Positions 24,001 to 35,335 of a DNA stretch of 64,000 nt are shown here, in pieces. Location: the NCBI GenBank assembly GCA_977862235.1, contig OZ374559.1, positions 3,038,001 through 3,102,000 on the forward strand, written 5' to 3'. Below the pieces are notes generated by a model, which was given only the letters and a program-made list of their open reading frames with translations, was not told the DNA's origin and searched no databases. Each line of letters begins with the position of its first letter. The stretch's first letter is position 1. Both the position numbers and the translations under genes were made by a program. The stretch is from Dudresnaya verticillata (Eukaryota).

Positions 24001-24831
24001 GCCTCGCCTACGCTCTTCCCCTCTTCGTAATTTACCATGCGATGTTAACCGAAATGCTGCCATTGAGGTTCTAGGTTCCCCTATTGGGGCTGACAATGCC
24101 TGTAAGGCTATCTTGACGAAGAAACTACAGTCCGTGGCTCTACTCTGGGATCGTTTACTTTCTCTCGGTGACCCTCAACTTGTCTTTCACCTTCTAGGCT
24201 TCTGTGCTGGTGTATCAAAACTATCCTACCTGCTTCGAACTACCCTTCCGCACTTAACCTCTTCCATTGCCGTGTCCCACGACCTTGGAATGCGACGGGT
24301 GTTTGAAGCAACTCATTGTCTCTTAACCGATTCGATTTGGAAGCTCAGTTCTCTACCGCTGCGATCTGGTGGCCTAGGACTGACTAGAGCTTCTGCTGTG
24401 GTGGATCTCAGCTATTTAGCGTCTCTCGGTTCAAGCATGTCTACCATCCGGACAGTTCTTGGTCCTTTTCCCTTCCCTGCTGACAACACCCTTGGGCCTT
24501 CCCTAGGCCGTCTACGCTCTTCTGTTGGCAAACAGTGTCAAGCCCGACTTAATGATGTAACCACGTTCTTGAATTCTTTCCATGCTACTCCTCATGACTC
24601 AAGGTCTCCCGGGTCTGTGCATCATGAGCTTTTTTCTTCTATTAATGCCGTGGTTTTGGCCTCTGTGACCCCGTCATCCAACTCTAGTGATGATCTTCGC
24701 TGTCGTCTTCGTCTGCAATCTACCTGCACGGCCAGTTCTGCGCGCGCATTTGCCGCTGTACCTTCCTCCTTCCACGGTACTCGGGTCGAACCTGAAGTTT
24801 GGATATCAATGATCCAGCTACGACTTGGACT

Positions 24832-26977
24832 CTTTGAGATTAGCGAGACCCCAGGAGGAACCCTGATGGGCGTGAAGGAGATAACGGTAAAACTGGTTGG
24901 CGATGTCCAGGAGCTGTTGATGTTCTGTGTTATCTTATTGTTTACTTGTGCAAGTCTTGAAGGGACTTTCCAGGAGACCTTTACGAGATCTCCTGACAGA
25001 CAATTCATTCTTCAGGTGCTGCCAACGTGAAATCAGGAATCACTTCCTGGTCCTTCCTGGAAGCTGTCAATATGTCTTCATCAAAATCCAGATGCAAAAC
25101 TTGCATCTCTTGAATTTCTCCTGTCATCCACATCAATTCCTGCAGACCTTCTGTTCTCTCTCTGGAAGTGTTGCGGAAGAACTAGCACCTTTCCAGAAGA
25201 CTGGGATGCTGGCCTGCTTGTACCAGTTCACAAAAAAGGACCCAGGGACAACCCCAGCAATTACAGGCCCCTGTGCATGCTCTCCCACCTCCGCAAGGTT
25301 GTCGAGCGCGCCATCGCCCTCGAGGTGGAGGCCGTCTTCTCCCCGCACCACATGCAGTTTGGCTTCCAGCGTAAGACGCGAACGGACATGGCTGTAGCAC
25401 TCACGCTCTCTTCCAACGCTACAGGAGACGACTACACAGCAGTTCTGGACCTTAAGCGTGCCTATGACATGGTTGATCGACAAAAACTCCTCCAGATCTG
25501 CTCTGACCGCTTGCCACCCCATTTGGTCGCGATGATCGCCACGACACTGGGAACTCTATCGATTCGAACTGCTGGTGATGTAACAAATACGACTGGTGAA
25601 ATCAGACGCGGTGTCGTCCAAGGCTCACCTCTCAGCCCAATTCTTTTCAATCTCTTCATAGATGAACTCGCCTACCGCCTCTGTGAGAAGCTGAAACGAC
25701 CTCGCACCCGCCCACCAGGACGTCTCTATGCTGACGATTGCCTGCTGCACGTCAACTCTCCTCACGAACTTCGACAGGCTCTGGAAGTATGCGAGCAATG
25801 GGCACGCGATGCTGCAATGACATGGTCGGCCCACAAGTGCACCGTGGTCCTGCCCAACCGCCACCGCAGCCGACGCAAATCCACCAAGTTCTGACTTGCT
25901 GGAGAGGTACTACCGATCCGGGACACAGTATCATATCTTGGCGTTTCCCTGTCAACAACGGGACTGACCACTCACTCAACACTTTCCCGGATCACCACAG
26001 CAAAGAGAATGCTAGGATCGCTCTCGAACTTGGGTTTCGTGTCTGCTAGAATGCCAGCCCCTGCAGTCAGGTTCGTCTACGGAACCCTCTTGCGACCCCT
26101 CTACGAACATGGCTGTGCGCTAGTCCCCTACACGAATGCTGTCACAAAAGCCATCGACAGCCTTGATGCAGCGTTCTTCCGACTGTTCATCTCACAGCGT
26201 ACCACTCGGATGCCGTCTCTGCGCCTACGGAAGCTCAGAGCGCTGTTCCGCATACCCTCGCCGAATCTCCGCCAGCGCATTGTTCAAGCGAAGCTCGTGA
26301 AGTCCCTCCAACGATGTGCCCATTCACCTAACTCCCTCTACAGATGGCGCGCCAACCAAAATCTCCAGGCTCTCTCAACTATCGGCACCCGTGCGCTCCG
26401 CACCATGGTCCAGCACCCTCCCAACCTCCCAGCACTGCACACGGATTGCATCGCTGAATGGAAATCTGCGTTCACCGGCCCACGACCAGCCCCTGTCTCC
26501 GAAACCGCAAGCCTGCCCACGGCGCTGATGCTCCCCGACTACCAAAACCGCCTACTCGCCATCCGCTGGCACTTAAGTTCGTTTCCAATTCCACCCAAGT
26601 GCCCTACCGCCCGCAAGACTCTTCAGGACCCTGCTAGACTGCTACAGAAACTATCACTGGATACCCCTTCCTCTTCGGACCTGATGGCAATATCATCGGC
26701 CATTGACACCATCCGTCAGCTGTGTGAGAGGGAATACCCTTCCCCACGCCGCCTCCCACCCCCTTAAGTGACACGGGAAACGCGCCCAGCCCTTTCCGGG
26801 CCTAGGGCCGGTGCGCCTGCAAATGGGCCTTTGTCGCCCGCGCAGGACCACCAAAAACAATCAATAAACATGAAGCATCACATCAATTCCTGACAGCTCC
26901 TGTTGCAGCTATGCCACTCCTGACATGTACCAGGAATTCCTATGCGCGACCACCGCACATACACGATACCATCAACA
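24832..26977. mobile_element. ~400-bp insertion (possible solo LTR) in copy b, itself split by LINE-B
   Basis: ggact duplicated at 24827-24831 and 26978-26982; tgttgatg at 24915 is the inverted repeat of terminal catcaaca. The first 83 bp are unexplained. Confidence 0.55.
25143..26878 (+). mobile_element. 5'-truncated LINE family B (RT + C-terminal region; clade undetermined)
   Basis: VPVHKKGPRDNPSNYRPL, LDLKRAYDMV, GVVQGSPLSP, LYADD; one in-frame TGA at 25892-25894; 14-bp TSD cacatcaattcctg at 25129-25142 and 26879-26892. Confidence 0.93.
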
Positions 26978-27782
26978 GGACTTCCCATCTTCAGTAGAGA
27001 TGATCCATGCCCCCGTTGTGTTGATGGTACCGCTTCTGTTCCCCCTCTTCTTGATGTTTATGGGCATCATGCTACGGTCTGCTCTTCTCGTGAGGGCACG
27101 ATTCGCCGTCATGATCATCTTCGGGATCGCTTAAGTGTCTTATTTCAGACTATCGCCCACCCCCATGGCGTGCGCGTTGAAGTTGAGCATCGTTTCACTT
27201 ATTCGGATGAGCATGGGCCCCGTAGCTCTGTCCCCAACGCTGCCCGAACACGTGCTGAACGCATACGTGACGAGCGTCATGCTGCTTCTGGTGGTCCCCC
27301 ACAGCCTGTTGATCCACGTGACCAACTGCGTATGGATATTTTCGTTGATGATCGTGGCTTTGCCCCTCACCCCCATGGATTTGATGTCTCGGTCGTCAGT
27401 CCCCATTCTATTCATGGTTCCACTGGTCGCGTTGCTGGCCAAGCCATTGCAGCTCGCGAACGTGTCAAACGCTCTCATTACCGCCGCGTATGCGCTAGTT
27501 TGGATATGGTTCTCCATCCTATGGTTGTAGATGTCTATGGCCGTGTTGGATCTGGCTTTGAAGTTGGCGCCCAACGTATTGCTAATTTCATTGCCAGCAA
27601 GCGCGGGACCTCTCCGTCTACGGAGAAACTTCGCCTCACTACTCGTTTACTCTCTTTAGTTCTCCAATGCGTCGCGGTGAGTGTCAACCGCCGCAAGCTT
27701 GCTCCTCCGCCTCTTTATGGTAGCTCTGAATCCTAAGCCCCCTTAAGGGGCTTCTCTCTTGTTCTTTAATAAAGGTCTCTCT

Positions 27783-27903
27783 CTCGTACAGCGCAGCGGC
27801 GCGTGGAGCGTCTTTGGCGACGCCGTCGCCATTTGCGAGGAGAAAGCTCAAACTGACCATTGCTTCGGCATCCGCAAACTCCGCAACGGCTCGTTCGTAC
27901 AGC
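27783..27903 (-). pseudogene. Detached Sel1 repeat of G1
   Basis: Translates LYERAVAEFADAEAMVSLSFLLANGDGVAKDAPRAAALYE, homologous to ~40615-40737 of G3. Confidence 0.9.
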
Positions 27904-29230
27904 CCCTAGACCCCTAAAATCAGCTATCTCGTATGATCGCAGCCACCCTTGGTCCCCTCGCTGTACGAACGGTAGGCGACAGCTCTCGGTGCACTGTAAT
28001 AGTCCACAGAAGTGTGACATAGGACTCTCCCCTGAGCCCAGACCTGTTTAACATCTACATCGAACCGCTAGCCGCAGAACTGTGTTCCAAGCTCCAATGT
28101 CCATCATCACGCCTCCCCGGTCGGCTTGTGGCGGACGACTGCCTTCTGCATCTAAACTCCCCACAAGAGTTAAGGAAGGCATTAAAAATCTGCGACGATT
28201 GGGCCCAACGCAGTTGCATGACATGGTCGGCAACAAAACGTCACCTCCTCCTCCCAACACGACATCGTCTGCGCCCGTCTTCCTCACGGTTCCGCATTGC
28301 TGGAACATACATCGAGGCGGTCCCAAGCGCACACTATTTAGGAGTCGAGTTAATTCGCAATGGAATTGGACCGTAGTCCATGCTCAACCGGATTCAGACC
28401 GCAAAAAGAACGCTTGGTATGCTGGCCAGCGCAGGACACATCACTCCCCGAATGCCGCCCAGTGCCGCTCACTTCATTTACCGCACATTTGTCGGTCCCA
28501 TTATCGAGTACGCGCTGGCTTTGACCCCACTCACCCCCGAACCTGAAGCAAACATGGACAGTCCAGGCTCTCTTCCTCCGGGTCTCAATTGGTCAGCGGA
28601 CACACTACATGCCCCAACACAGGCTCAAAAAGCTGCAAGCACTCTTTAGAATCCCAGACTCCCCCCATCGCCGCCGACAGCTACAACATTCCCTATTACG
28701 CCGGCTCCAACAACTTTGCTATTCCAATACCCCGAAAGTGTCCTGGGCTGCAGCATCAGCGCTCCACGCCGCCAAGATCTCGGGAATTGATGGCCTATGG
28801 AATACGATCGTCTCCCCACAAACGCCCCCCCAACTTCACCGTGCTCAAATTGCAGCCTGGACCCGCACACTGCCTGGGATCCGGCCGGCCCCTGTCTACA
28901 CTAACACGCTTTGCGCCAGCCCTGCAATTGCAATGCACCGCTCATCGAATTCTCGCCATACGATGGCACCTAGGGACGTTCCCGATCCCTCCCCCAACCC
29001 GGCAGCCGCCCGCCGCGTCCGCCGTCTACGACCCCTATTGAATTTGCTGCCTCACCCAAACCCAACTCCCACCTCCCTCGCCCGCGTAGGCTAAGCAATT
29101 GAACAAATCCGTCGCACGGGCCTCCAACATAGTACATCCTCCGACGACCCCACCACTGCTCGATAGGGCCAGCTCTAGATGCGCAGTGTGTTTGCAAATA
29201 GGCCGTTGACGCCGAGGCAAGTAAACTCTA
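27904..29230 (+). mobile_element. Degenerate 5'-truncated LINE family B (second subfamily)
   Basis: MIAATLGPLAVRTVGD, SPLSPDLFNIYI, ADDCLLHLNSP and LAIRWHLGTFPIPP across frameshifts. Confidence 0.88.
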
Positions 29231-29617
29231 AACTTTGTTGAGTACACTTTATCATCACTCCACTTTGGTTTCCACCACGCCTTCATACGCTCCAGTTTCC
29301 ACTCTCCCTTTCACTTCTTTGACTCTCTCTTTAGGAAGACTCTCTCTCTCTTCTCCCCTCTGCTTATTGAGCCCTTGTTTCTGCATTCTGGCCTCAATCT
29401 TTCCGTGCTTTGTTTCTACCTCTTCCCCGCCCTGCCGCGCGTTAGTGCACCGCTTTTCACTGCCGTCGCCGGCGTATTCTTCCCGCGCGCTTTGGGGCGA
29501 GAACTTGCTGTTCGAGTTCGTGCTACTCCTTTGTGTTCCGTCTTCACGCTTGGAGCTGCTTCCACTCCGGTTCGCCTCCATCTCGCACTGCTGTGCTACC
29601 CTCTCTCTTTCCCCAAT

Positions 29618-30718
29618 ATGTCGCCGTCCAATCAGGCCAAACGCTCTACCCAGGATGTACACCAAGACGCGTTTGTTGCTTTGACCCACGCTACCGTCGA
29701 TTTCATGGCTACCTCTGCTGCACTATTGGACAAGGTCGTTGACCTTCAAAATCCTACCGCTGTGGACAGCTTCCTCTCCACTCTGGCCGACCTGCCTCGT
29801 GTGAAGGCGCTCTTACCCACGTTCGAGCGCAACCCCAACTTTCAGTCCCTGCTTCGCATCTTCTCGCACTTCTCTGCTGACTCTGCTGCTTCTGCGAAAC
29901 CGTCATCCGCTCCTTCGACCCCGCCGAGACCTTCGTATTTAGCGGCTTCAACAACTGGTCCCGCCCCTGAACCGTTTCATCAGCTTCCAGTATTGGGTCG
30001 CAAGGGCCTCGTGGAGCATTCCAATGCTGGTACAACACCGCTGTCTCGAAAATTCGCAGGTTCTGTTCGCCGTACAAACCGCGTCTTGTTCGGTGGGGAT
30101 CAAAAGAGCTTTGTTGCTGTCCGTACTGCCACTGGCGCTCCCCCGCTTGCTTCACCTGCTGAATTCCGCAAAGCGCTCAAGCAAGGTGGTTTCCCTGGCT
30201 CATGTGCTATCGTCCGCTCTGAAGACCCCACCGTGTTCTATATCTGTGCTTCGCTACGTGATCTCACCTACACGGAAGCTGCGTACAATTCGTTTACTGC
30301 TCTGGCAAAAGAATCGGACAACTTCGATGCCCCCCATCTGACCTTTTCCCCACCAATCGCTCTCAAGAATGTATTGACGTCGAGTGAAGATATCAATACA
30401 ATTGCGCGACGGCTACGAAATGAGATCAATCGTCTCGACGCTACAAGCTGTACCTGGGCTCCTCGAAAATACTTTTCTCTGGCACTGCGCTCAGAGTATG
30501 AAGCACTAGAAGAACGAATGACTTCACTCGGGCGCACGCTACCGAGTCTTACCGAACCCCCGGCGGGCGCTGCTTCTTCCCGACCATCGCGTGTGTATCC
30601 CCGTTATTCTCGACCCGATTCTGATGGGTGGACCACTGTTCTTGATTCCCATCCCCCCGCTCCTCCGTCGGCTTTGTGCCCAGATGCAACCGACACTGCG
30701 ATGCCTGCGGCTGAGTAA
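29618..30718 (+). CDS. Family A2 ORF1, 366 aa
   Basis: Shares AFVxLTHATVDF, LPRVKAL, KFAGxVRRTNRxLFGG, PAEFR and QGGFPG with 16831-18039. Confidence 0.85.
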   Translation: MSPSNQAKRSTQDVHQDAFVALTHATVDFMATSAALLDKVVDLQNPTAVDSFLSTLADLPRVKALLPTFERNPNFQSLLRIFSHFSADSAASAKPSSAPSTPPRPSYLAASTTGPAPEPFHQLPVLGRKGLVEHSNAGTTPLSRKFAGSVRRTNRVLFGGDQKSFVAVRTATGAPPLASPAEFRKALKQGGFPGSCAIVRSEDPTVFYICASLRDLTYTEAAYNSFTALAKESDNFDAPHLTFSPPIALKNVLTSSEDINTIARRLRNEINRLDATSCTWAPRKYFSLALRSEYEALEERMTSLGRTLPSLTEPPAGAASSRPSRVYPRYSRPDSDGWTTVLDSHPPAPPSALCPDATDTAMPAAE

Positions 30719-33700
30719 TGGAAGAAACAACAACCCTCTTTCAAAAATGCCCTCGTCCAGACATCGTCTTTGCACTTCATATCCCCACCGTCAAATATAT
30801 TCCAAATTGTCTTCGTGCGGACTGGCACGCTTTATGCTTCCATCTTTTTAACCGCTTCGCAATCGCTTCTACATGTAATGAAAAAGAAGAACGCTTCGCT
30901 CGTGTTTGTGCTGTGGAAAAGCTCGTGCTACGGTTTAATGGACGCGGAGAACCCAGAAATGGCAATAAGGCTGCACTGATTCGCCGTTTGCGTGACCGCA
31001 TTCAACTGGCAATTCGCGGGCAAAGGAATGACCTTTGGGAGCAAGCCTCCAGTGCCTTTCCCTTGCTTCCCAATACTTCTTGCCAACCTACAGTTGATCC
31101 TTTCCGCCAATGCCGTCGGTTTATGGCCGAGGGGGCCATCAGTAAGGCTGCGCGCGCTTTGTGCTCTTCTACTTCTACTGTTATTGCTAATCCCAATACC
31201 AAGACGGTCATGGAATCTCTTCATTCGCGTCCGGAAATTCCAGTTAAACCCCGCTTGCCACAATCACTCCCAGCTGCATATACATTCAACGAGGCGGATG
31301 TAAGACGGGCTCTTAGAAGTCTTCCAGTACACAGCTCACCTGGCCCGGATGGTCTCCGTCCGCTTCATCTTAAGGCGTTAACGCATGCCCCGGGTGGTTC
31401 GGAGCCATCCCACTCTGCAATCGTGGCTCTGACCGCCTTTGTCAACAAATGTGCTACGGGCTCTTTACCTCCTCGCTACAGTGCCTGGTTTGGGGGTGCC
31501 TTGCTTCTGGGTCTTCCGAAGCACCCATCGTGTGTTTCTAAGCTTCGTCCTATTGCCATTGGTGGCATCCTTCGTCGTTTCGTTGCCCGCCTGTTGATGA
31601 AGAAGATTGCCCAGGACAGTACTATTCGTGAATACCTTCTTCCTCATCAGTTTGCAGTGGGAATCCCTCATGGAGCCGAATCTATTATTCACGCCATACG
31701 TTCTTTCGTGGAGTCTAATACTGAGCAAGACTATGTCCTTCTTAAGCTTGATGCCACCAACGCTTTTAACTGTGTTGAGCGTTCTATAATTCTCAGTGAA
31801 GTTATCGAAAGAGCTCCTGGCATTGCAAAGTTTGTGCATTTCCTTTTCTCGACTGAACCCGTTCTTCTATTTGGTCAGTTTCAGTTGTTCAGTCGGACAG
31901 GTACGCAGCAGGGTGATCCGTTGAGCATGCTACTTTTTGCTCTCGCGATTCATCCCCTGCTCAACAACATGCTTTCTACGTTCGCCTCCATCAAACTTCT
32001 TGCTGCATATGCTGATGACATTCATGTTGCTGTTCCGCGTTCTATTGCTTTCGATGTTATCCAGTTTCTAAAGACCCAAGGCCCCAAAATTGGCTTCAAT
32101 CTGCACATAGCAGTGGGGAAAACAGAAGCTTGGTGGCCTTCTTTATCGTCCCGTCGTGTTTCTCGTTCCAACTCCCTAGGTTGTCCTATCAACAATCATT
32201 CTTTTATCACAGTTCTGGGCGCCCCTATTGGCAGTACTGAGGGCTGTTTACAACATCTAAGAACTAAGCATGAGCCCATCCAATATTTCTGGGCCCAACT
32301 GAAGCAGCTTAATGAACCTCAACTCGTTTTTCATTTATTACGCTACTGTGCTGGAACTTCCAAGCTTTCATACCTACTGCGATGCACTCCCCCGCAACCA
32401 ACCCAAGCCATTTCATTAACACATGACTGTGGCATGCGTGGAGTGTTTGAACACACACACTTTCCACTGTCGGATGAATCCTGGGATATGGTTTCGCTTC
32501 CCATGCGACACGGTGGACTAGGTCTTACAAATGCCCGTCACATTGCCCATTGCAGCTATATCACCTCCGTCCTGTCCTCTCTCGCCTGGATTCGATGCAT
32601 GGTACCTTTTGATTCTCCTATTTTGCACCATTTCCTCACCCCGTTCCTTCATAACATTCACGAACAGCAACTACTCCGTGAAGATCGTGAAAAATGCAGT
32701 GTTTCTTCCATCTTGTCGGCCGCATCTTCCATAGGCCATGGTGTCGTTCTCGCATTGTCCCAAGATCTTCTTCCATAGATTCAACGAAAATTGCGACACG
32801 ACCTCCTGTCCCAGATGACTACTCAGCATAGCTCTCGTGCCCGAGTACGGATTCAATCTACCTCTACTGTCAACTCTAGCCGCCCTTGCAGTGCCCTCCC
32901 GTATGCATCTTCTTCTACCCGCGTGCAACCCGACATATGGCTCACCATGCTCAAACTCAGACTGGGTGTGGCGATCTTCCCTGGTGATCGCCCTTGTCCT
33001 GCTTGTCTCCATGGCACATCTGCTGAAGTTCCACTCCTTGATATCTTTGGACACCATGCCACAATCTGTCGATCGGGAACTGGCAGCATTCGCCGACATG
33101 ATACCCTCCGAAATCAACTTGGGGCTTTCTTTCGTAATACTGCCCGGAACCATGGCGTTACTGTTCAGCTTGAACGCAACTTTTCCTACCTAGAGGAGAC
33201 TGGGGATTCCCGAGTTATGGCGTCTTCTGCACGCACTGCTTCAGAAAGGCGTCGCGATGCCCGTCAATTACAACGTACTGAAGACCGTTTCGAAGAAGAC
33301 CGACGTGACCATCTTCGTATGGATCTCTATGTTGATGACCCTGCGTTTGCTCCCCTCCCGCAAGCATTTGACGTCTCCGTGGTGACCCCACACCACCCAA
33401 CTACACTGTCCAAAACACCTCGCTCTCAACATCAAGCTATTCACCGCCGCGAGCAAGCTAAAGCCCGTCATTATCGTCGCTTATGTTCTACCAACCGGAT
33501 AGAACTCCATCCTATGGTGATGGACATCTATGGTGCCATTGGTTCTGGGTTCGATCGAGGCGCTCATCGCGTGGCGAATTTCCTAGCTGCTATGAAGGGT
33601 ACTTCGCCGATATCTGAGAAACTATCTCTTCTCACCCACCTCACCTCTCTTGTACTTCAATCTGTCGCGGTGGCTGTTAACCGCCGTTTACTCTTCGGCC

Positions 33701-33723
33701 GTCGCCTTTCAGATGAGTTTTAG
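30718..33723 (+). pseudogene. Family A2 ORF2 (RT-RLE) with a single in-frame TAG at 32776-32778
   Basis: LDATNAFN, GTQQGDPLS, AYADD; the same frame resumes with CPAC...GHHATIC, RRHD, RMDLYV, FDVSVV, REQAKARHY. Confidence 0.9.
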
Positions 33724-33862
33724 ATAAGCCCCCTTACGGGGCTGTAGTCTTTCCTATGCATAAAGGTCTCCATCTCACTTCTTTGATACTCTCGCGCTCC
33801 AGTTTCATAATCTTGTTCAACCAGTTGCCAAAAAGCTTTTCAACGAATAGCTTGCCCTTTTC

Positions 33863-34298
33863 GTTTCATCTACAGCCTTGTATCGGAATGAAAAGGTACT
33901 CTGGGGAATAGAGAGTCCTACCGAGCGTCCTACAAAGGATCCACCTGTGCAAATATCGACGATATTCAGATTGTACTTTGTTACACATCGGAGGATAGCA
34001 TCCGATAAGCCTATCGGATCGATTGAACTAGCTCAACCCTGGCAGTGCTCTACGTCAACACTATACTAGTATTCTAAACGTATATATGGACGCTTCGAGT
34101 ATCAGCCCCTGCCAAAATCAGACAAGTTCCGTCCTTTCTCCCGCCCACCTACACCCATTTCATTCTTCTTCTGGCTTTCACCATTCAAGTTACCGTCCTT
34201 TCTGGTCATGCAGACCTTTGCACACTTTGCCCATACGGCACTTTCCTAGCATTACTCATCTCTGAAAGAAGTGCGACTTTACAATAAAGGCAACATTT
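33863..34298 (+). mobile_element. ~436-bp unclassified retro-type insertion
   Basis: Absent from paralogous flanks (~12220, ~50020); ccttttc duplicated at 33856-33862 and 34299-34305; ends near aataaagg like the CRE-like tails. Confidence 0.65.
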
Positions 34299-35335
34299 CC
34301 TTTTCAGTGCCCCACAGCTCATAACTGTTTGTCCTTCGTTAAAGCGCATCCTGTATCCGTATACCAAACTTGCAATGTGTGCAAAAGACGATCATCCCCA
34401 CCCTTCAAACACGGCGTTATTGCCTTGGCCCACAGTCTCGGAGCACACTTTTCCACTTCGCTCATCATCTTCTTTGCCCATTCACTTATCTCACCCGTCG
34501 CCTGCAATTTCGCATGCAACTGGACCCAGTCTCCAGTTGTGTTCCCCACCGCGTACGGCGGACTCGTTCTGATTACGTTGCGGAAGGATCGCAGTACTAC
34601 TGCATCGTCCGACTCACCTTATCCCGCTCCTGTCATTTCAAGAGTACAACAGCACCAGTGCTCGGACCATCACAGCATAAGCAGACTCTGGGACGAACCA
34701 GTGCTTCTTCCAATCGCAGCTACGCAGCATTTATAGGCCCCCATTTCGTTGCTGCTTGTCTGTATCTGAAACCGGCCGCACGCAGCTGTCCTGTACTACA
34801 ACTAGCCGAGCCTGCCGGTCTCCCGCCTACGCCGGCAATGTGCCCGGCTAAAACCTTGACCTTGCACTGCGCCACCAATTTCCGTTGCCGGACATCCGCT
34901 CGCCACAGGTACCCTGCCAGGGTACACGATTGCCATCAGAGTCTCTCCATACGCCCACAGAGTTTCCGTAATTTTCCAAACGCGGCGAAAAGAACGCAAA
35001 CCGTTCTATATTGGACACTTCCGGTTGCCAGAAAGACCATTTGCAACATGTGCGTTGTTGTATTTTATTTGTTGTTTAACGTGGTCCTAACATGTGGTAC
35101 TTTATCTATATTGTCGTACGGAACAAAGACTGCAACCATGGAGCGTGATCTGAGCCTGTCCTTGACATTAGAAATGAAAACACAGACCATGATGCTTTCG
35201 CATGGAGCCATTGCCGGGCATTTCAGAAGATGAGTGCATTACTATTGTACAAAAAAAAGTGATGGAGGCTTTAGCGAGAAACATAGAACGATTGCGGTTG
35301 AAAGCAGCACACAGCTACACCTATGATGGCATACT

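Larger units (their letters stand above)
21096..27782 (+). mobile_element. Family A1 copy b, head-to-tail with copy a, frameshifted and interrupted
   Basis: Nearly identical to copy a; starts ttgacattcag directly after copy a's (tc)n tail; indels at ~21478, ~21917 and ~23521; insertion at 24832-26977. Confidence 0.92.
29323..33774 (+). mobile_element. Full-length divergent two-ORF CRE-like retrotransposon, family A2
   Basis: Same layout as A1; 12-bp TSD tcacttctttga at 29311-29322 and 33775-33786; empty sites at ~12135 and ~49933. Confidence 0.93.

Noticed and set aside
26770..26870. Group II intron domain V or ribozyme after the RT
   Set aside because: No AGC/CGC triad domain V hairpin is recognisable, and a 14-bp TSD with 5' truncation indicates a LINE.
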